DNA from: Dehalococcoidia bacterium | GTDB taxonomy: Bacteria; Chloroflexota; Dehalococcoidia; UBA2979 | Length of the DNA stretch: 64,000 nucleotides | Assembly: GCA_965262725.1 (NCBI GenBank) | Contig: OZ253555.1 | Span: 2,496,001-2,560,000 of the forward strand | Reading direction: 5' to 3' | Shown here: positions 49,701-59,582 of the stretch, one piece after another | How positions within the stretch are numbered: position 1 is the stretch's first letter | How the letters are laid out: each line of letters begins with the position of its first letter | Made by a program: the position numbers and the translations under genes | Notes under the pieces: model-generated | Seen by the model: only the letters and a program-made list of their open reading frames with translations | Database searches by the model: none | Told to the model about the DNA's origin: nothing

Positions 49701-50129
49701 TACAGGGAGCGCCCGGAGTTCTATCCACCTCAAGGCGCTTCCATTGAGCAGTTCGACTTCGGCACGAACACGTGGCGAGACGTCGAGCGAATCGAACTGT
49801 CCGGTGCCTACCGGATCACCGCGGACACGCGTCACTATGCGGCTCTGGCTGACGACGGGCTGCGCGAATGCGGCAACGCGGTGTCGAAGTATGCGGGCGC
49901 TGCGGCGACGGGCCGGAGCATCATGTCGTACAGCGTCGGCGATGAGAGACTGACGTGCCTGCTCGGGGCGCGCCCTCCCGGCCTCTACGAGCGGGTGCTG
50001 GTTCTTTGCACGGGTGAACTGCCTCGATCACTTTCAGACGGGACGTCCGTCTATGAAGGGGTCCCGCCGGGAGTCGCCGCCTGGCTAGCAGCGAGTCTTG
50101 GCCCTCACTCTTGGGAGACAGGGAGTTGA
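46701..50129 (+). CDS. druH: Druantia type III DruH-like protein
   Basis: About 1140 aa, TGATG-coupled to a DruE-like helicase. PPFIAAL..AA..NYYGRL, PISQAL..DR..L.EFF..L.PG, LSALGYID...GAR. Call rests on size, context and recalled motifs. Confidence 0.65.
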   Translation: MTDVRAVEQSFGAIYAALNRLDEPGGSALRDHYALQSTRDGDREILSSVGAGSRMNMLIGARAQLSRSLGGGVSSGLADLVARVSALTGESPVSPEVCRTLASRVGGVDAADLPALLSALSGVQPAGWARWSAYDIWNESLIEEFFSGSRAGRPVYLDLEADVVERLTAAIGAPAGAAAPDATRAFSRSVVRTFEFRLDGPPMLREHVRKAVTWAASAPRGDGGEGHPGIRPPPFIAALGLFSLAAESMRSGEGMRATNYYGRLCERLEVGSDAVARKVQNDFRRHANRLWAHLNAWLRRAHGARGIPTAEAFDHRVYVSIPISQALVRAADRDRLSEFFSAYQLNPGQQFSRLDMREILAAWLPGSHLSASLKSLWRSSQEARRRIADVVCIELEHWDGTAPPEHSSSQRHFDAVLAASYEEVPFPEFSIALVVRDEGDVPDGRYRFDDGSALPGFSGAVHAVRESGGLIRLQPATPQSMGNGLLNSVLRHPLGLAHESRPATISRPSRSVVVFLMDESRGLFTESARVELGREHFILVRNGLAAQVRGALGEIARPGYRALSGVAGVPDGWMLYIGVHVRSLLTGASEALTTLVPLSTTQVDLTGGMQLSAGRWHSSSPPDVMAVDAAGRRFAVSLFDESGTSGEFVATPLGTHSGEARISLRELGLVDGNYRIVLNETTPSGGIGSHLTSRGLRLRSAESAHLDPPTDVCLAHQAGPSPDGWTALSATSLDVSSTAAIRGAAISGTEAGPRPVPPVRLPARLGRSVSVSDVGSLSRLFPRAHPAAIEAELEQLMRLHLVSVDDGKPRLTPAGYAYANEGLKSSGRAVTRAGTTPPDEIASRFEADLDLILDALGATGGGTWRSLEQLIRYSSVERWEPLEAARNLSALGYIDLELDHHSQRPLRWSAAPATMVVLPDGLSAFIAGARSEPLLQRVEAEARQLGGSMFRHERGGRPVLVQVHGLQGRAFETVAQRASLACVRDVPRRIAQMLPAIRDVYRERPEFYPPQGASIEQFDFGTNTWRDVERIELSGAYRITADTRHYAALADDGLRECGNAVSKYAGAAATGRSIMSYSVGDERLTCLLGARPPGLYERVLVLCTGELPRSLSDGTSVYEGVPPGVAAWLAASLGPHSWETGS

Positions 50130-53100
50130 TGTCGCAGCCGCGAGACGTCTACCGGCAGATCGCCGACGCGTACCTCCGGTACTACGACACCGCCTTCTGG
50201 GTGCGAACCCCCGAGGTGCGAGCCGAGCGCCGTCACTTGCTCGCTACGGAAGGGGTCATCACGCGAGAGCCCCTCCTGGAGCCGGTGCTTCCGTACCCTC
50301 CCGCGGAACCTCTCGCACAGGTGACCAGACGCGTTGGTCTCAGCCCGGGAGTCTCCGACACGCTGGCCAAGATGCTGTTCCCAGGGCTGGCGACCGGCGC
50401 GGCCTTCCGGTTGCGGGAGCACCAGGGGAGGGCACTAGAGCTCTCGCTCTCGGACGCTGGTGCGGGCCCGGTGAACCCCGTGATTACCACCGGAACCGGA
50501 TCAGGCAAGACGGAGAGCTTTCTGCTGCCAGTGTTCGCCCGCCTGCTGCGCGAGGCGGAGCAGAACGGCGGTTGGCGGGCGGACGCCAAGCCAGTTCACT
50601 GTTGGTGGGACGAAGCTGAGGGGTCGGCGTGGGAGCCGGTGAGAACCTCTCGCGAGGAACGGCCAGCCGCGGTTCGGGCGCTGATCCTCTACCCGACAAA
50701 CGCGCTCGTTGAAGACCAGATCACTCGAATCCGGAGAGCTATTCATATCGCGGCCCGCCCGGACCGGTCGGGGCCGCAGTTCTTCTTCGGGCGGTACACG
50801 GGTGAGACGCTCGGCGGGGCGCGCATCCAGCGGCCCGCTGCGCTCCGAGGCCAGCACGTCCTCCAGGTGGCACGCGAGGTCCGCCAGATGGCTGCCGACG
50901 CTGCGGGGCTCGCCGGCGAGCTCCGTGTGCAGTTCCCTGACCCGGTTCGCGGCGAGATGGTAACCCGCTGGGACATGGTCGCAGCGCCTCCGGACATCCT
51001 CGTGTCAAACTTCTCGATGCTCAACGTGATGCTGATGCGGGGCTTTGAGGATCCCCTCTGGGCACAAACTCGCGCCTGGCTGCGCGACGACCGAAACGTC
51101 TTCACTCTGGTTATCGACGAGCTTCACCAGCAACGCGGTACGCCCGGGAGCGAGGTTGCATTGGTCATCCGCAACCTGCTCATGCGGCTGGGCCTGGAGC
51201 CGGACTCCCCGCAGCTACGTTGCATCGGAACGAGTGCATCGCTGGAACCTGGGGGCCCCGCGTCCGGCGATGGGCTGCCCGAGGAATATCTCGAGCAGTT
51301 CTTCGGCGTCCCACGGAACCGGTTCGAGATCGTGCCCGGCACACCTGTAGTGCCGTCCTCAGAGCTCCCCCTACCGCGAACTCGCTTCGAGGAGATCGCC
51401 AGCCTAGAGGGAGCTGACCGCAGCGACGCGCTGCTCGATGCGGTTGAACGGTTCCAGCTGCCGGAGGCCGTTGCGTCGAGCTGCGCGGGATCACCGCCAC
51501 GCGCGACCGCGATCCGCGAGATCGAGCAGTCTCTCTTCGGGGATGTCGTGGAGGGGTCACCCGCCATGGATATTGCCCTCGAGGCTCTCGCAGCCCGGAC
51601 CCCGGACGCCGGGGCAGTGACCTTCCGGTCGCACATGTTCATCCGGAACGTGACCGGCTTGTGGGCCTGCTCAAACCCGAACTGCCGCGACCTCGACGAT
51701 CGGTGGCGGCACGCCGATCGCCGCATCGGCAGGCTCTTCACGTCCCCGACTCCGGCCTGTAGCTGCGGATCGCGCGTCCTCGAGCTCCTCTACTGCGAGC
51801 AGTGCGGTGAGGAATCGCTGGGCGGGATCGTGGTTGCCAGGGAGGAGACCGGCGGCTCGCCATCGTGGTACCTGGGCGCGGAGGAGGCAGAGTTCCCTCC
51901 CGTCCAGCAGGCTCGGGTCAACCAGCGGCTCTACGACCGCTACATGTGGTACCGGCCGGGGCCACCAGAACCCGGGACAGACGGATGGTCACACGACAGC
52001 ACCCGACTCGCGTTCGCGCCTGCTACCTGGATGCCCGAGGTTGGCCTCCTTCGCCGAACCCCGCCGGGGCGCGATCCAACGGGAACGATCCTCCTGGCGA
52101 GCGGCGCCCCAGATCCTGAGCATGGCGCCGTCCCCGCGATTCCCGAGCGCTGTCCGAATTGCGCTCATCGCCGCCACAACCGACCGCGAGACTTCTTCCG
52201 GGGTACCGTTCGAAGCTCTATCCGCGGGATGAGGACCGGTTTCGCGCGCGTCAGTCAGGTGGCGCTTGACCAGCTCATCCGAGCGCTCGCCCATGACGGT
52301 GGCGAACCGAGAACGATCGTCTTTTCCGACAGCCGTGATGAGGCCGCTGTGGCTGCCGCAGGGATCGAACTGAACCACTTCCGTGACTTGGTGCGCCAGC
52401 TCACGGACCGGTTGCTCGGCGAACAACGCTCGCTCCCCGCTCTCATGCTCTCAGCAGCCCATGGAAAGGACCCGAGCGGTAGTGAATCGGCCCAGCTCGA
52501 GCTCGCGAAGAGCGAGCACCCCGATGTCTGGGCCGCGTACCAGGCCGTGCACCGGTACGGCGTCGACGATGACTCGGCGCGGGCCGCGATCGGTGCCTTC
52601 GAAGAGGTCCAGGCTGGTACGGCCCAGAAGCTCTCGTGGGACGATCTCCTGCGCCGGCTTGAACGAGCACTCGTCGCGCTCGGAGTCAATCCCGCCGGTC
52701 CGGGGGCCAGCCACTCGCACTGGGGGCCCGGAAGGTCGTTCCGGTGGTGGCAGGCCTACGCCCCACCGACACCTGGAGCCTGGGAGGTCGCAGGTTCGGC
52801 GGTCGACCGCCGGGTACAGTCGGGCGAAGTGCGCGAGCAAGAGCTCTCCGTCACCCTGTTCTCGTCCCTCTTCGACTTCACGGCCCGGGACTTCGAGTCG
52901 CTCGGGCTCGGCTGGATCGAACCAACGCGGACCGGGCCTGCGTCCATCGGTTCTCTTTCGCCCGCGGAGACGCGAGAGCTGCTCCTCAGCGCGATTCGCA
53001 TCCTCGGTCTCGCTGGCACGTACCCCGGTGCGCGTTGGTTTACGGGCCGCGAGAACATGCCCGTGGCGCTGCGAAAGTACGTCCGCGCCGTCGCAGACCT

Positions 53101-55537
53101 CCACGGAGTTGCGGCCGAATCCCTGGCAAGCGAACTAGCAACCGCGCTTCGCGAGACGGGAGTGATCACGGAGCGATGGGCGCTGGACGCCTCCCACTTG
53201 CGCGTGGCCCGATGGTCACGCGGGGATAGCGCCCCGGTCCGCTGCATGACGTGTGCGCGTGTGCACCTGCATGAGTCTGCGGGGGTGTGCACGTCGCGTG
53301 AGTGCTACTCCACGCAGTTCGAGGCAGCTGACCTCGACCAGCGCGATGACGGCTACTTCGAATGGCTCGCCCGCACAGCACCCTTCCGCCTCCGGACGGA
53401 GGAGCTCACTGGCCAGACGAAGCCCCTCTCCGTGCAGCGCGCACGGCAGCGCTACTTCAAGCACGCCTTCAAGGAAGAACCTGCGGAGCATGCGCTGAGC
53501 CACGGTATCGATGTGCTCAGCGTCACCACGACGATGGAGGTCGGAGTCGACATCGGGAGCTTGCGCTCCATTGTGATGGCGAACATGCCGCCGCAGCGGT
53601 TCAACTACCAGCAACGCGTGGGACGCGCGGGACGGCTAGGCCAGCCGTACTCGTACGCCCTCACGGTCTGCCGGGATCAGACCCACGACGACTACTATTT
53701 CAACCACCCGGAGCGGATCACAGGTGACCGGCCTCCGAGCCCGTACCTCGACCTTGCTCGGGAGTCGATAGTGCAACGGGTGGTTGCGGCAGAGGTGCTC
53801 CGTCGCGCGTTCAGCACTCTCGAGCCGGGATTCGACGGCGGCGGGAACGTCCACGGCCCCTTCGGGGAGGCGTCGGACTGGGCCGCGAACCGCTCTCACA
53901 TCGCGGGCTGGTTGTCATCCGGCCCCGACGTGAGGGATGTCGCGGCCCGGCTCACCACGTACACGGGCGTCGAAGCCCGCCACCTCGAGGACTGGGTGCG
54001 GGGAGACCTCGTGGGAGAGATCGACCGGGCGCTGGACAACCCTGCGTACACCCACCCCGATCTCAGCGAGCGGCTCGCCAATGCAGGTTTGCTTCCAATG
54101 TTCGGATTCCCTACCCGGGTGCGTCCCCTCTACTGGCGCGAGCCGAGATCCGCCTCAGATATCGAAAGCGCGATCGTCGCGGATCGGGATATCGAGCTGG
54201 CTGTCTCCAACTTCGCACCTGGGTCGGAAGTCGTGAAGGACAAGCAGAAGCACACAGTGGTTGGGTTCGCTCACTGGATCCCCTCCGGTGGACGTGCTAT
54301 CCAGGTTGACGACCCCCTCGGCGACGCTCATCCGGTGCTGCGCTGCACGCATTGCGGCGCTGTCGCGGTACGGGAGGGTGCCTCGGCTACATGTCCGGTG
54401 TGCGACCGAACCGCTGATACGTTCGATATGTACGAGCCGCAGGGGTTCAGAACGGACTTCCGTCCTCAGGACTTCGACGATCGCTTCGAGAGAGGTCCGG
54501 CATCCGCCCGGCCGCAGCTGGGGCTCAACGCCCCGGCGCGGGGGCACTTCCGGACGGGGGCGGTCGAGGTGAGCGTATTCGAGGCAGCCGACGTGTTCAC
54601 GATCAATGACAACGGCGGGAGGCTGTTCGGGCTCAAGCGCCGCGGGAAGTCCGTGCTCGTCGAGGATCCCGCCCTCTACGCGGATCCTCCATACGGTATC
54701 CAAGTCGGCCAGGATCCCCCCGACATCAGGGCTGCTATCGGTTCAGTCCGGCGAACGGACGCGCTCACGGCGACTCTCGTAGACCTGGCCCTTCCTGGTG
54801 GCTTGCGCGTGATCAGTACGCGGAGGCCTCCTGGGACCGCACTCGCGCCGGGACTCGCAGCTCTCCTCTCCTACGCGGCACTCCTGCGCGTGACCGCCGC
54901 GCAGGAAGTCCTCGATATCCGAGCCGCGGAACTCCAGGTTGGACTGCAACCGGTCAGGGTAGATGGTGATCTCACGCAGCGGATCTTCCTCGCCGACGAT
55001 CTGGCGAACGGAGCGGGCTACGCATCATTCCTCGGGAGCCACACCGAAATGCAGCGCCTGCTGCGGCAAGCGCTCCAGCTCGGCCAATCCTTCGAGCGTC
55101 AGCCGCACGCGTCGCGGTGCGGGGGCTCGTGTCCCGACTGCCTGCGCAGCTACGACAACAGGTGGCTCCATCCAGCCCTTGACTGGCGGCTTGCGCTCGA
55201 TGTCGCGGAACTGGCTGCGGGCGAACCGCTGCACGATGAACGCTGGCTGCGCACCGTTCCCGCGCACATCGACGCGTTCCTCTCTGGCTACTCGGGCGCA
55301 GCGCTGCAGCCAGTGCAGCTCGGACCGCTGGCGGGGATCCTGCACGCGGATCTCCGACGGGCCGTGTTCATCTCACCGCCGCTGTGGCCGTTCGAGAGCC
55401 AGTACTACGCTGAACAGCAGGCCGAGGCGCAGATCGCGGCGTCGATGATGGGGGCTGAAGCCCTCTCCTTCGATGCGTTCTCGTTCGGGAGACTGCCGAG
55501 CCGTGTTTTCGCGTGGCTGAGAGGGGGCACCCTGTGA
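50129..55537 (+). CDS. druE: DEAD/DEAH-box helicase with DUF1998 domain, Druantia DruE-like
   Basis: YLRYYDTAF, TGTGSGKTESF, LYPTNALVEDQ, IDELH, TSAS, FSDSRDEAA, TTTMEVGVDIG, YQQRVGRAGR, C-terminal ANGAGYA...CGGSCPDCLRSYDN. Confidence 0.82.
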   Translation: MSQPRDVYRQIADAYLRYYDTAFWVRTPEVRAERRHLLATEGVITREPLLEPVLPYPPAEPLAQVTRRVGLSPGVSDTLAKMLFPGLATGAAFRLREHQGRALELSLSDAGAGPVNPVITTGTGSGKTESFLLPVFARLLREAEQNGGWRADAKPVHCWWDEAEGSAWEPVRTSREERPAAVRALILYPTNALVEDQITRIRRAIHIAARPDRSGPQFFFGRYTGETLGGARIQRPAALRGQHVLQVAREVRQMAADAAGLAGELRVQFPDPVRGEMVTRWDMVAAPPDILVSNFSMLNVMLMRGFEDPLWAQTRAWLRDDRNVFTLVIDELHQQRGTPGSEVALVIRNLLMRLGLEPDSPQLRCIGTSASLEPGGPASGDGLPEEYLEQFFGVPRNRFEIVPGTPVVPSSELPLPRTRFEEIASLEGADRSDALLDAVERFQLPEAVASSCAGSPPRATAIREIEQSLFGDVVEGSPAMDIALEALAARTPDAGAVTFRSHMFIRNVTGLWACSNPNCRDLDDRWRHADRRIGRLFTSPTPACSCGSRVLELLYCEQCGEESLGGIVVAREETGGSPSWYLGAEEAEFPPVQQARVNQRLYDRYMWYRPGPPEPGTDGWSHDSTRLAFAPATWMPEVGLLRRTPPGRDPTGTILLASGAPDPEHGAVPAIPERCPNCAHRRHNRPRDFFRGTVRSSIRGMRTGFARVSQVALDQLIRALAHDGGEPRTIVFSDSRDEAAVAAAGIELNHFRDLVRQLTDRLLGEQRSLPALMLSAAHGKDPSGSESAQLELAKSEHPDVWAAYQAVHRYGVDDDSARAAIGAFEEVQAGTAQKLSWDDLLRRLERALVALGVNPAGPGASHSHWGPGRSFRWWQAYAPPTPGAWEVAGSAVDRRVQSGEVREQELSVTLFSSLFDFTARDFESLGLGWIEPTRTGPASIGSLSPAETRELLLSAIRILGLAGTYPGARWFTGRENMPVALRKYVRAVADLHGVAAESLASELATALRETGVITERWALDASHLRVARWSRGDSAPVRCMTCARVHLHESAGVCTSRECYSTQFEAADLDQRDDGYFEWLARTAPFRLRTEELTGQTKPLSVQRARQRYFKHAFKEEPAEHALSHGIDVLSVTTTMEVGVDIGSLRSIVMANMPPQRFNYQQRVGRAGRLGQPYSYALTVCRDQTHDDYYFNHPERITGDRPPSPYLDLARESIVQRVVAAEVLRRAFSTLEPGFDGGGNVHGPFGEASDWAANRSHIAGWLSSGPDVRDVAARLTTYTGVEARHLEDWVRGDLVGEIDRALDNPAYTHPDLSERLANAGLLPMFGFPTRVRPLYWREPRSASDIESAIVADRDIELAVSNFAPGSEVVKDKQKHTVVGFAHWIPSGGRAIQVDDPLGDAHPVLRCTHCGAVAVREGASATCPVCDRTADTFDMYEPQGFRTDFRPQDFDDRFERGPASARPQLGLNAPARGHFRTGAVEVSVFEAADVFTINDNGGRLFGLKRRGKSVLVEDPALYADPPYGIQVGQDPPDIRAAIGSVRRTDALTATLVDLALPGGLRVISTRRPPGTALAPGLAALLSYAALLRVTAAQEVLDIRAAELQVGLQPVRVDGDLTQRIFLADDLANGAGYASFLGSHTEMQRLLRQALQLGQSFERQPHASRCGGSCPDCLRSYDNRWLHPALDWRLALDVAELAAGEPLHDERWLRTVPAHIDAFLSGYSGAALQPVQLGPLAGILHADLRRAVFISPPLWPFESQYYAEQQAEAQIAASMMGAEALSFDAFSFGRLPSRVFAWLRGGTL

Positions 55538-55651
55538 TCGCCGCCCGTTCACCTCAACCGCTTCCGATCGCGTCGATCTCAGCGACGCAGTTCGCGGTCC
55601 TCTCGGACTGCGTGTGTCAGGCGGCCTTCGGACGCGACCCGTTGTTGTAGT

Positions 55652-55830
55652 TGACCGGACCCCTTCGCGAGGCTACCGCTATGAGAGTCCACCCGATTGT
55701 TCCGCCCTCCATTGCTCGGCGTAGGTAGCCGGGGAGAGCCAGCCCACGCTGATGTGCGGCGCGTCGTGCTGTACTCGATCCACCAGTCCTCGATCAGCAC
55801 CTGCGCCTCGAGCAGGCTGTCGAACCGCAT
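55652..55830 (-). pseudogene. IS3-family transposase 3' remnant with right end
   Basis: FDSLLEAQVLIEDWWIEY / H.SVGWLSPATYAEQW, with terminal GGGGTCCGGTCA. Confidence 0.75.
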
Positions 55831-56975
55831 TGCGCTGTGAGCCACGCGCGGTAGCCCGCAACTTCGTAGCGGGCATCGGTCAGCAACCGTTCCGTCTCGC
55901 CGATCAATTCTTCATTCAAGTCCGGCTGCTGTTCAAGGGTGGTGTCGACATCTAGACGGCGGGTTGAGCGCTTCACGATGGCCTTCGCGGTTGCGCACTC
56001 ATCTACCGATGCCGGCGCGGCCAGCGAGAACGCGTCTGGCGACGCTGCGATGACCGGATCGAAGCGAAGGGCGAACGAGACCAAGTCCTCCCGGACGGCA
56101 ACGGGATCGATTCGGTACCCATGTGTGCTTGCGAGCTGGACGCGACTGGGACCATAAACCTGCACCAGCGCCGACAGCCACTTGCAAATGGCAGCGGTCA
56201 TGAGAATGAGAAGGTCGGCCTCGCTGCACGTCGCAGGATCAATGGACTCCACATCCGATTCCAGTAGCTCCTCGCACGCTTCGGCGAATCCCTCGCAGTT
56301 GGCGACATTCTCACGAAAAAGACCCATGAGCCGCTGCTCGGCACCTGCGTCAAACATCCCACGTCCTATCCTCGTCGTGATGAGCAGAAGCCATGGGTTG
56401 TGGTTTCGCGCTTGAAAAGCCGTCAGCTGCGCCAGTGCCTCGTAGATCGATCCGCCGCTCTGCGGCGACTCGGATGCAAGCCCGTCGCAGAGGTCAATGT
56501 TGACAACATCGAACGGGCCGAGCTGCTCGGTCCGAGACCACGCGATCGACTTCGGATTGCCGATGCGCCGGAAATCATCGTGAATTACCCTGGACTGCGG
56601 ATCGACATTTGGCAGCCGCCGTACTTCGTCGAGCGAAACGCTCAGTTGGAGGTGCGCGGAGTTGCCGGGCTGCGCTTCCGTGTTGAATCCAAGGAAGCGC
56701 AGTGGGCGGTCGGTCGCTCGGCAAAGCTCCTCGTGCAGGTACCGCAGATCGATCAAGTCTGTACCAGGCAGGCCCAAGTAACGCAGCGGATCCCCCGGTT
56801 CCCGCTTCTCGTAGAGGCGCCGGAGCAAGACTGACAACTGCTCGCGCCGGACGAACTGCTTGCGTGGCCTGTGCCACGACTTGAACTCCTTCGGTTCCGC
56901 CTGCGTAGGCAGATATTCGATACCGCCAAAGATTCCTGCGATTAGATCGTCATGATCGCCCGATTGCTCGGTCAT
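55794..56975 (-). CDS. Uncharacterised protein with a SAM-methyltransferase-like fold (recalled as 'PP_RS20740 family')
   Basis: WHRPRKQFVR, YLGLPGTDLIDLR, FLGFN, FDVVNIDLCD. ATGA overlap with the upstream ATPase. The last few codons run into the IS3 remnant. Confidence 0.7.
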   Translation of the reverse strand: MTEQSGDHDDLIAGIFGGIEYLPTQAEPKEFKSWHRPRKQFVRREQLSVLLRRLYEKREPGDPLRYLGLPGTDLIDLRYLHEELCRATDRPLRFLGFNTEAQPGNSAHLQLSVSLDEVRRLPNVDPQSRVIHDDFRRIGNPKSIAWSRTEQLGPFDVVNIDLCDGLASESPQSGGSIYEALAQLTAFQARNHNPWLLLITTRIGRGMFDAGAEQRLMGLFRENVANCEGFAEACEELLESDVESIDPATCSEADLLILMTAAICKWLSALVQVYGPSRVQLASTHGYRIDPVAVREDLVSFALRFDPVIAASPDAFSLAAPASVDECATAKAIVKRSTRRLDVDTTLEQQPDLNEELIGETERLLTDARYEVAGYRAWLTAQCGSTACSRRRC

Positions 56976-59020
56976 TGATCGGACGTCTCGAGGATCTGAC
57001 GCATCCCGGAGAGGAGCCGTTCCTGCTGCTGGTCGGTCAGGCCCTCAAAAACTCCATACGCGGCGAGGACCTGGACGATCGTGCGCAGCTTACGCTCGGC
57101 TGAATCGCCCCGGCGCGTGCCCCGCCGGTCGAGTTCGCGGAAGACCGGCTCGCGCCTGAACCGATACGCTCCGGGCCTGGCAGGTGTCAGCTCGTCGGCC
57201 TCATCGGCGAAGTCGACCGGCGGCGGTTCCGCGCCTGGATCGTCGGACTCGTCCCGCCATGCTCGGGCTGCGACACTCGACAGAGCCTCCTCTTCCTCGT
57301 CCGCGGCGGCCTCGCGGGTAGCTGTGCGGATTGCAGCCGCGATGCGCTTCTGAACCGTCGCCACGCGCCTGAGCGACGCGTGGAGCCACTGCGTGAGGTA
57401 TACGACGTGTGGATGGGCGTAATTGAACGACTCACGATCGATGTTCAGCGCCGCTTCCAGACCCTCCGAGACAAATATCTCACACGAGATCTGCCTCAGC
57501 CGCGTCTGCTCGGATACCTGATACCGCAGGAACGTCGGGTCGAACAGCGTTCCGCTCGATCCGTGAACCCGGACGAGAACGCCCTGATGCTCGGTAGGAG
57601 CGATCTTCGGCGCCCACATGAGGTATGCCTCGAACTCAAGTGGGCCGCCAGTGAGTTCGGGCGGCACGCCGTCGAATTCCTCTCGGCATCGTCCGACGAC
57701 GAGGATCGGCTTCTTGACTGCGTGGCTCGTCTCAGGGAGATTCCTGAACAAGAGGGGACGAGCGAGCCGCAGGTCGTCGACGAGTACAGTGAAGTCGCTC
57801 CCGACATCGGCTGCAGAGCCGATCGACTTGCTCAGGCGAATTGTCTCGTCGTCGGTGAGTTTGAACTCGGCTGCTGCTTCTCTGATGGACTGCGGCATTT
57901 CGAAGAGACGGAGCTCGTCCTGAAGCAGAAGGTCGAATGGGTTACCCGAGACGTACGGCGCGGGAATAGCCAGACTCAGCTGCCACACCATCCGGAGGTA
58001 GTAGTCAAAGATGCGTTCGAGCTGGGGGTTGGGTGTTCCTCGCTCAACGCGCTGCCATACAGCCTTGACCAGCTTCTCGAAGGCGACCTCTGGTCGATCA
58101 TCGCGAGACCACGGGAGGCTGCTGTAGGCATCGGCGTCATTCTGGAGAACACCGGCGTCATCCGGCCGCACGCGCCCGATGTGGAAGTCAGGCGGCCTGA
58201 GGTCCCGGTTCCTCGCTTCGCTAGGCGCCAAGGCGGGGTCGGAATCGATAACCGCCCACAGGTCACGGCTCTGGAGCCTGTCGCGAGTCTGCGGCCGTAT
58301 GTCAGTGAGGATGATCGTCGTACCGTGCGAGTGGGCGTCGGAAGCTGGCTCGCGCCAGATCGTCACCCGCCCCGCCTCGTACGCCCCTTCTTCGTTCGGC
58401 CTAGGCGCACCCTCGTCCGAGTATTGGCGGAGCACGACCGATGCGATGGTCCGGAAGGGATCACCAGCTGTCGTCGTGATGATCTGGAAGCGGTGGGTCA
58501 GCTGGGCGACTGAGAAGAGGCCGATCCCAATCTTCCCGATGAGTCGGCGCCCCGACGGGCTGAGCGCTAAGTCCGTGGTACTCGCGATTCCAAGCTCGGC
58601 TCCATCGGGTGACCGCTTCGCGCTGCCCCCGATGTGGTGGAGCAGGTGGGCAAGAGCGGCGGGTGTCATACCCATGCCGTCGTCCTCCACCGACAGCGCG
58701 TGGAACCGGGGTCGATCGGTCTTTATGACTACCTGTTTCGCATCTGCGTCGTAGGCGTTCGACACAAGCTCCCGTATCGCCGACCCCGGCTGCCGGTAGA
58801 TGCCGTCAGTGACACGGGCAAGAACCTGCTCGTCTGTCCGGAGAACGGTGCTGACGGGGGATTCGCTGGAGCTGACTGCTATATGGGCAGCGAGGACGGC
58901 GTCCTCCTCGCGTCGTGGATCGTGCGCCGGGGTCACCGATTCCCCCAGCTGCGCGGATGGAGAGGATCCAGCGCTTGTCGCCGTGGGGGCCGCACGGCCG
59001 CGATCCATGCCGACGAGCAT
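56972..59020 (-). CDS. MORC-type GHKL ATPase
   Basis: IYRQPGSAIRELVSNAYDADA, EDDGMGM, IGGSAK, IGKIGIGLFS, HGTTIIL, S5-like GVLVRV...CEIFV...ALNIDRESF. Start uncertain (59020, 59008 or about 58936). Confidence 0.88.
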   Translation of the reverse strand: MLVGMDRGRAAPTATSAGSSPSAQLGESVTPAHDPRREEDAVLAAHIAVSSSESPVSTVLRTDEQVLARVTDGIYRQPGSAIRELVSNAYDADAKQVVIKTDRPRFHALSVEDDGMGMTPAALAHLLHHIGGSAKRSPDGAELGIASTTDLALSPSGRRLIGKIGIGLFSVAQLTHRFQIITTTAGDPFRTIASVVLRQYSDEGAPRPNEEGAYEAGRVTIWREPASDAHSHGTTIILTDIRPQTRDRLQSRDLWAVIDSDPALAPSEARNRDLRPPDFHIGRVRPDDAGVLQNDADAYSSLPWSRDDRPEVAFEKLVKAVWQRVERGTPNPQLERIFDYYLRMVWQLSLAIPAPYVSGNPFDLLLQDELRLFEMPQSIREAAAEFKLTDDETIRLSKSIGSAADVGSDFTVLVDDLRLARPLLFRNLPETSHAVKKPILVVGRCREEFDGVPPELTGGPLEFEAYLMWAPKIAPTEHQGVLVRVHGSSGTLFDPTFLRYQVSEQTRLRQISCEIFVSEGLEAALNIDRESFNYAHPHVVYLTQWLHASLRRVATVQKRIAAAIRTATREAAADEEEEALSSVAARAWRDESDDPGAEPPPVDFADEADELTPARPGAYRFRREPVFRELDRRGTRRGDSAERKLRTIVQVLAAYGVFEGLTDQQQERLLSGMRQILETSDQ

Positions 59021-59582
59021 CGAAGGCCCGTCACCCCTCGGGGGTCCGAGTCCGCGTCCAGCAGGGGCGGCGTGAAGTGGAGACCAGCGGCGTTCTCGAC
59101 GATGTGCGAACCCGCCAGCGCTCCGCGCTGGCGGTCGAGGGCGTAGCTCGTTTGAAGAAGGTAAGGGGCCATTTCACCCTGTCACACCCACCCCACTCTA
59201 CAGGGACGATGTGGACAGTAGCTTCGCGAGGAGCGCTGGTTTCCGCCAGATGGCGATGACGTCCGCGCGTTTATGCGAGGTTACACACCGCCCCCCGACG
59301 GGAGGTGATGGTGGAGGCCCTCAACGGGGTCGGGCATTCCGATACACTGCGCTACAGGTCGAGGCCCGACGCGGGGCCAGAATCAGGTTCCGGGCTGAGT
59401 CCGCATCGTTCTCGCGTGGCGGAGTAGCGGCGAGACCTGAACCCGCCCCGGCTCCGAGGGTGGCTGCGCCAGCTCTTAGGTCGAGCAGCCCCCGGAGAAG
59501 AAGGCGCACGGAACCGGCATCGGCGGTGCGGTTGTGCTTACCATGATCCGGGCTGCCTCTCGGTCGGAATGCTGAGGACTGA

